From Vermamoeba vermiformis (lineage: Eukaryota): a DNA stretch of 64,000 nucleotides. The notes beneath the pieces were generated by a model. The model worked only from the letters and a program-made list of their open reading frames with translations, was not told where the DNA came from and did not search any database. The stretch covers positions 1 through 64,000 of the forward strand of contig JBEWZL010000243.1 in the NCBI GenBank assembly GCA_045837725.1. The letters are read 5' to 3'. Shown in pieces: positions 63,047 through 64,000 of the stretch (position 1 is the first letter of the stretch; the number at the start of each line of letters is the position of its first letter). A program made the position numbers and the translations under genes.

Positions 63047-64000
63047 TCAATCCTTCTCTTCTTTTTCGACGTCCATTTGATCGTCACCATTTTCATCCTC
63101 GTCATTGTTATTGTTGGATTTCTTCTTTGTACTTTTCTTCGGTGCTTTTTTCTTCGGTGCGGGCTTCTTTTTCTTAGTGCCATTCGCATTAGTTGGGTCA
63201 TTTGTAGTATTGTCATTTTCTGCTCCGTTTTCAGCATTGTCTTCTTTACGCTCATTCGTGTTGTTTTGGATCTCAAGCGATTGTTTCAGATCCGCTGCTG
63301 ATATTCCTGAGAAGCTGCTCGACTTGCCTAATTTGGCAATTCTGTTGGTACTCGCTCGCACTTCGTTCTCGTCACGAGGTTTCCACGTTTCAGGATTGTA
63401 CTCGATCAGTCCATCCAATGGCATGTTGTTTCTCTTCAAATAGTTTGCGTGTTCGAATGTGTCTTTGAAAAGAATTCGCACCACTGTGATTTGTTTTGTT
63501 TGACCTTGACGGTATGCACGACCAATCGCTTGAGTCTCGAAGCTTTCTTGGTTATGTGCAGGAGGATCTAAGAGGGACTAGCGTTAGTTTGAATTTTAAG
63601 ATCGTAGTGTCCTGATTGACTATTTTCGTAGAAAAATTATCGTTGCATTGGCTTTTGTGGACTGTTGTCTGAAACGTACCTAATAACAATACGTGCGTCG
63701 CTTCAATCATGTTCGTGCCTGCTGAGTTTTCTTGACTGTCCATCATGATCACTTTGAACGCTGCCATTTCTTTCTTGAAGTCTTCGATGGCTTGGACTTT
63801 GGTATTGGCGTTGCTAAACAATAAAATCAGTACTTGTTGGTGAAAAATTTTGATTGACTTGTTTTACCCGCGAACTGAAGTCGTCATGATGCCGTACTCG
63901 TTCAGTAACATTTCCAAGTACAAGTAGCGCGTCTTAGAAAGAAAGAGTTAAGTAAGGACCAGTAAAGATGTAGATTTAGATCGCATTTTTACCATTGAAA
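63047..64000 (-). CDS. SNF2-family (Rad5/Rad16-like) helicase C-terminal part (runs off window end)
   Basis: SAGTNMIEATHVLLL, QAIGRAYRQGQTKQITVVRILFKDTFE helicase C-terminal motifs. Confidence 0.8.

Overview
Intron-rich eukaryotic DNA (short GT-AG introns, CTAAC/CTAAT branch sites; gene content suggests a free-living protist, possibly amoebozoan, which is an inference). The window has two very different parts. From ~19.8 kb to the end it is a compact housekeeping gene neighbourhood: kinesin, giant HECT E3 ligase, EGF-repeat membrane protein, Cdc25, holocytochrome c synthase, LRR dual-specificity phosphatase, F-box/LRR, Kelch surface protein, ankyrin-GAF-fused NAD-glutamate dehydrogenase, THOC3-like WD40 and a SNF2 helicase end. 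From 1 to ~19.6 kb it is an accessory island. It holds a free-standing His-Cys-box (I-PpoI-like) endonuclease with intact catalytic motifs, head-to-head with two orphan genes that share a repeated domain, plus a ParB-like gene and a DUF6939-like gene. It also has at least six distinct palindrome/hairpin repeat arrays (one made of tRNA B-box units with ~22-nt variable segments), a duplicated hairpin module with compensatory changes, splice-signal chains lacking long ORFs, and CpG-decay signatures. No transposase, integrase, rRNA or intact tRNA was recognised. All gene models were spliced by eye, so boundaries are approximate.
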